From the IMG/VR virus record IMGVR_UViG_3300037422_000067, positions 1-36,796 of that record: a stretch of DNA of 36,796 nucleotides; one strand, 5' to 3'. The notes under the pieces were generated by a model, which did no database searches, had not been told where the DNA came from, and saw only the letters and a list, made by a program, of their open reading frames with translations. The position numbers and the translations under genes were made by a program. Below are positions 35,275 to 36,796 of this stretch, piece by piece. This DNA comes from a virus (Duplodnaviria; Caudoviricetes). Position 1 is the stretch's first letter, and the number at the start of each line of letters is the position of its first letter.

Positions 35275-35289
35275 AGCTTTATTGTACCA

Positions 35290-36543
35290 CTAATTCTTCG
35301 GTATTACTAACCCTTGGCTCAATGGAGTCAACCCGCCTGGATGTGCAATCATTGTTTCAGCATCCACTCTGAATCCCATGTTGCCCATTAGATTTCTGAT
35401 TTGTGGCGTATTGCAATTTCGGAAATTTACTTTACCAAAGATCATATCGCCTTCCGGTCCAGAGATATTCCACAAAGTATTCTTGCCGTAATAGCCGCAT
35501 CCATCGATTGTTAATGATCTTGCGCTATGCACTGGTTTTTGCCTGGCACTATAAGCCAAAGCACCAATCCAAGCTATATTATTATTCCACGGATCTGATT
35601 CTCCATCTAATGCGCAGCCGGTGTCTTTGATATAGATATGTCCATTCGCCGGGCCAACCCCTGCAACACCGTTAATTGCCCCATAGAAGTCAACACCGCT
35701 ATCATCGAACATGGTGCATTTACCGCGCGGCATTGTAGTACCACCATAATACCGGGAATTCTCGATAAAGACATTAGCGCTAGCCCCTTGAATAACAGTT
35801 CCGCCGCCGCCTCGCCAAGAATTTGGCCCTGCCCAATTTTTGAATACTGAATTTTTGACATGGATTAAAGCATCTTTGACCCAACGGCATTCGCTAGGTC
35901 TGGCAGTGAATTTAAGGCCTTCACCACCAACACCATTAACCGTAAGATTTACCACTGACGCACCTTTTTTAGCAAAACCATGTCCATAACAAAAATGCTC
36001 ATGTGACAACGGCATACTAACCGTCACGTTCTTGAGAATCCAATCGCATTGATACCCAAAGATACCCCAAGTGCCGTGAGTATCTGTTGTCGGATCTTTG
36101 ATACCTATGTCATTAACTTCGACATTTTCCAGCACGGCACAAAACTTTTCTTTTATCGGCCCATTGGGATTCGCTAGACCCATATGTAGCGCTCGCCCAC
36201 GTCCGTAATAGCTTCTGAAATTCATCGTCAAATCTTTAAAAGCAACTATACCGTTATGGGGGCCGACAAATATCATTTCATCAACGCCATGCTGATTCTG
36301 CAAGCGAGTTGCACCTATGCCTTGGCCTTTAAATAATACCCCGTCGTAACCTTGATCCAACCAATCCCGTGAGAAATATTTTTTAAGATTATGACCGCTT
36401 TGAATCCAATCGACATTAAAGCCTGTTTGATCGCCTTCAGGTAACTCTATTTCTTTAAGCTTTGGCGGTTCGTCCAATGCCGCGTGTAAATTAACAAGCT
36501 CATGAGATTCGATTTCTGACATTCCAACTGCTGCTGTTTCCAT
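35290..36543 (-). CDS. Right-handed beta-helix (pectin-lyase-fold) protein, possible depolymerase
   Basis: LFKGQGIGATRL, repeated I/L-x-N-x-x-V/F strands, HEHFCYGH; AAGGAGG RBS. Confidence 0.65.
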   Translation of the reverse strand: METAAVGMSEIESHELVNLHAALDEPPKLKEIELPEGDQTGFNVDWIQSGHNLKKYFSRDWLDQGYDGVLFKGQGIGATRLQNQHGVDEMIFVGPHNGIVAFKDLTMNFRSYYGRGRALHMGLANPNGPIKEKFCAVLENVEVNDIGIKDPTTDTHGTWGIFGYQCDWILKNVTVSMPLSHEHFCYGHGFAKKGASVVNLTVNGVGGEGLKFTARPSECRWVKDALIHVKNSVFKNWAGPNSWRGGGGTVIQGASANVFIENSRYYGGTTMPRGKCTMFDDSGVDFYGAINGVAGVGPANGHIYIKDTGCALDGESDPWNNNIAWIGALAYSARQKPVHSARSLTIDGCGYYGKNTLWNISGPEGDMIFGKVNFRNCNTPQIRNLMGNMGFRVDAETMIAHPGGLTPLSQGLVIPKN

Positions 36544-36555
36544 ATCAATGCCTCC

Positions 36556-36796
36556 TTATTTCCAGTTGACTGATTCTAATCCTTGTCTATGCACCACCAA
36601 AAAGTCTGTACTTGTCGATTCCCCAACGCCCTCAACTTTATCACAATTGAAAATATTCGCTATACCTGTATTGAAAACAAAACAAACTTTTTGAACATCA
36701 AGCTCGGTCTTCTGCTTCACGCCTCTGATAACTGCAGCTTGAGGAGTTTCATCAACGCCAAGCACATCGCCTGGCAATTCCAAAAGATTATCAGAT
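36556..36796 (-). CDS. 3' part of the origin-spanning lipoprotein (starts at 297)
   Basis: In-frame continuation across the terminal repeat. Confidence 0.8.
   Translation of the reverse strand, partial: SDNLLELPGDVLGVDETPQAAVIRGVKQKTELDVQKVCFVFNTGIANIFNCDKVEGVGESTSTDFLVVHRQGLESVNWK
36670..36796. repeat. Terminal direct repeat, right copy
   Basis: Identical to 1-127. Confidence 0.95.

Noticed and set aside
173-35850. Plus-strand ORFs in the track (e.g. 5710..6189, 16431..16916, 20907..21476)
   Set aside because: They are antisense shadows of well-supported minus-strand genes with no recognisable motifs.

Overview
The window is a complete, circularly assembled dsDNA tailed-phage genome of 36,669 bp unique sequence; bases 1-127 repeat exactly at 36670-36796. 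Every credible gene is on the minus strand. In transcription order: a beta-helix protein, TerS/TerL, a portal-MuF fusion, a ChaB-protease-scaffold gene, a Mu gpT-like capsid and neck genes, a siphovirus-type tail (tube, -1 frameshift chaperones, tape measure, distal tail/hub), three tandem paralogous jelly-roll-like tip proteins, a lysis cassette with an M15 endolysin, RusA, and a second cassette of virion-like genes. A structured control region follows, then early and replication genes: an initiator carrying an in-frame HNH domain and 11-bp-phased ACGCGT iterons, an SF4 helicase and an AAA ATPase. The DUF6948-like/Gly-X repeat locus and a lipoprotein/NlpC-P60 module close the circle. I recognise no integrase, transposase, CI-like repressor, tRNA, CRISPR array or reverse transcriptase. 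Most notable: a three-way-junction RNA element with complementary loops, the paralogous tip-protein triplet, the DUF6948/Gly-X locus interrupted by an HNH remnant that duplicates the host gene's 3' end, an attenuator-like leader before the replication gene, and a parS-like site. All family calls come from motif recognition by eye, not database searches.
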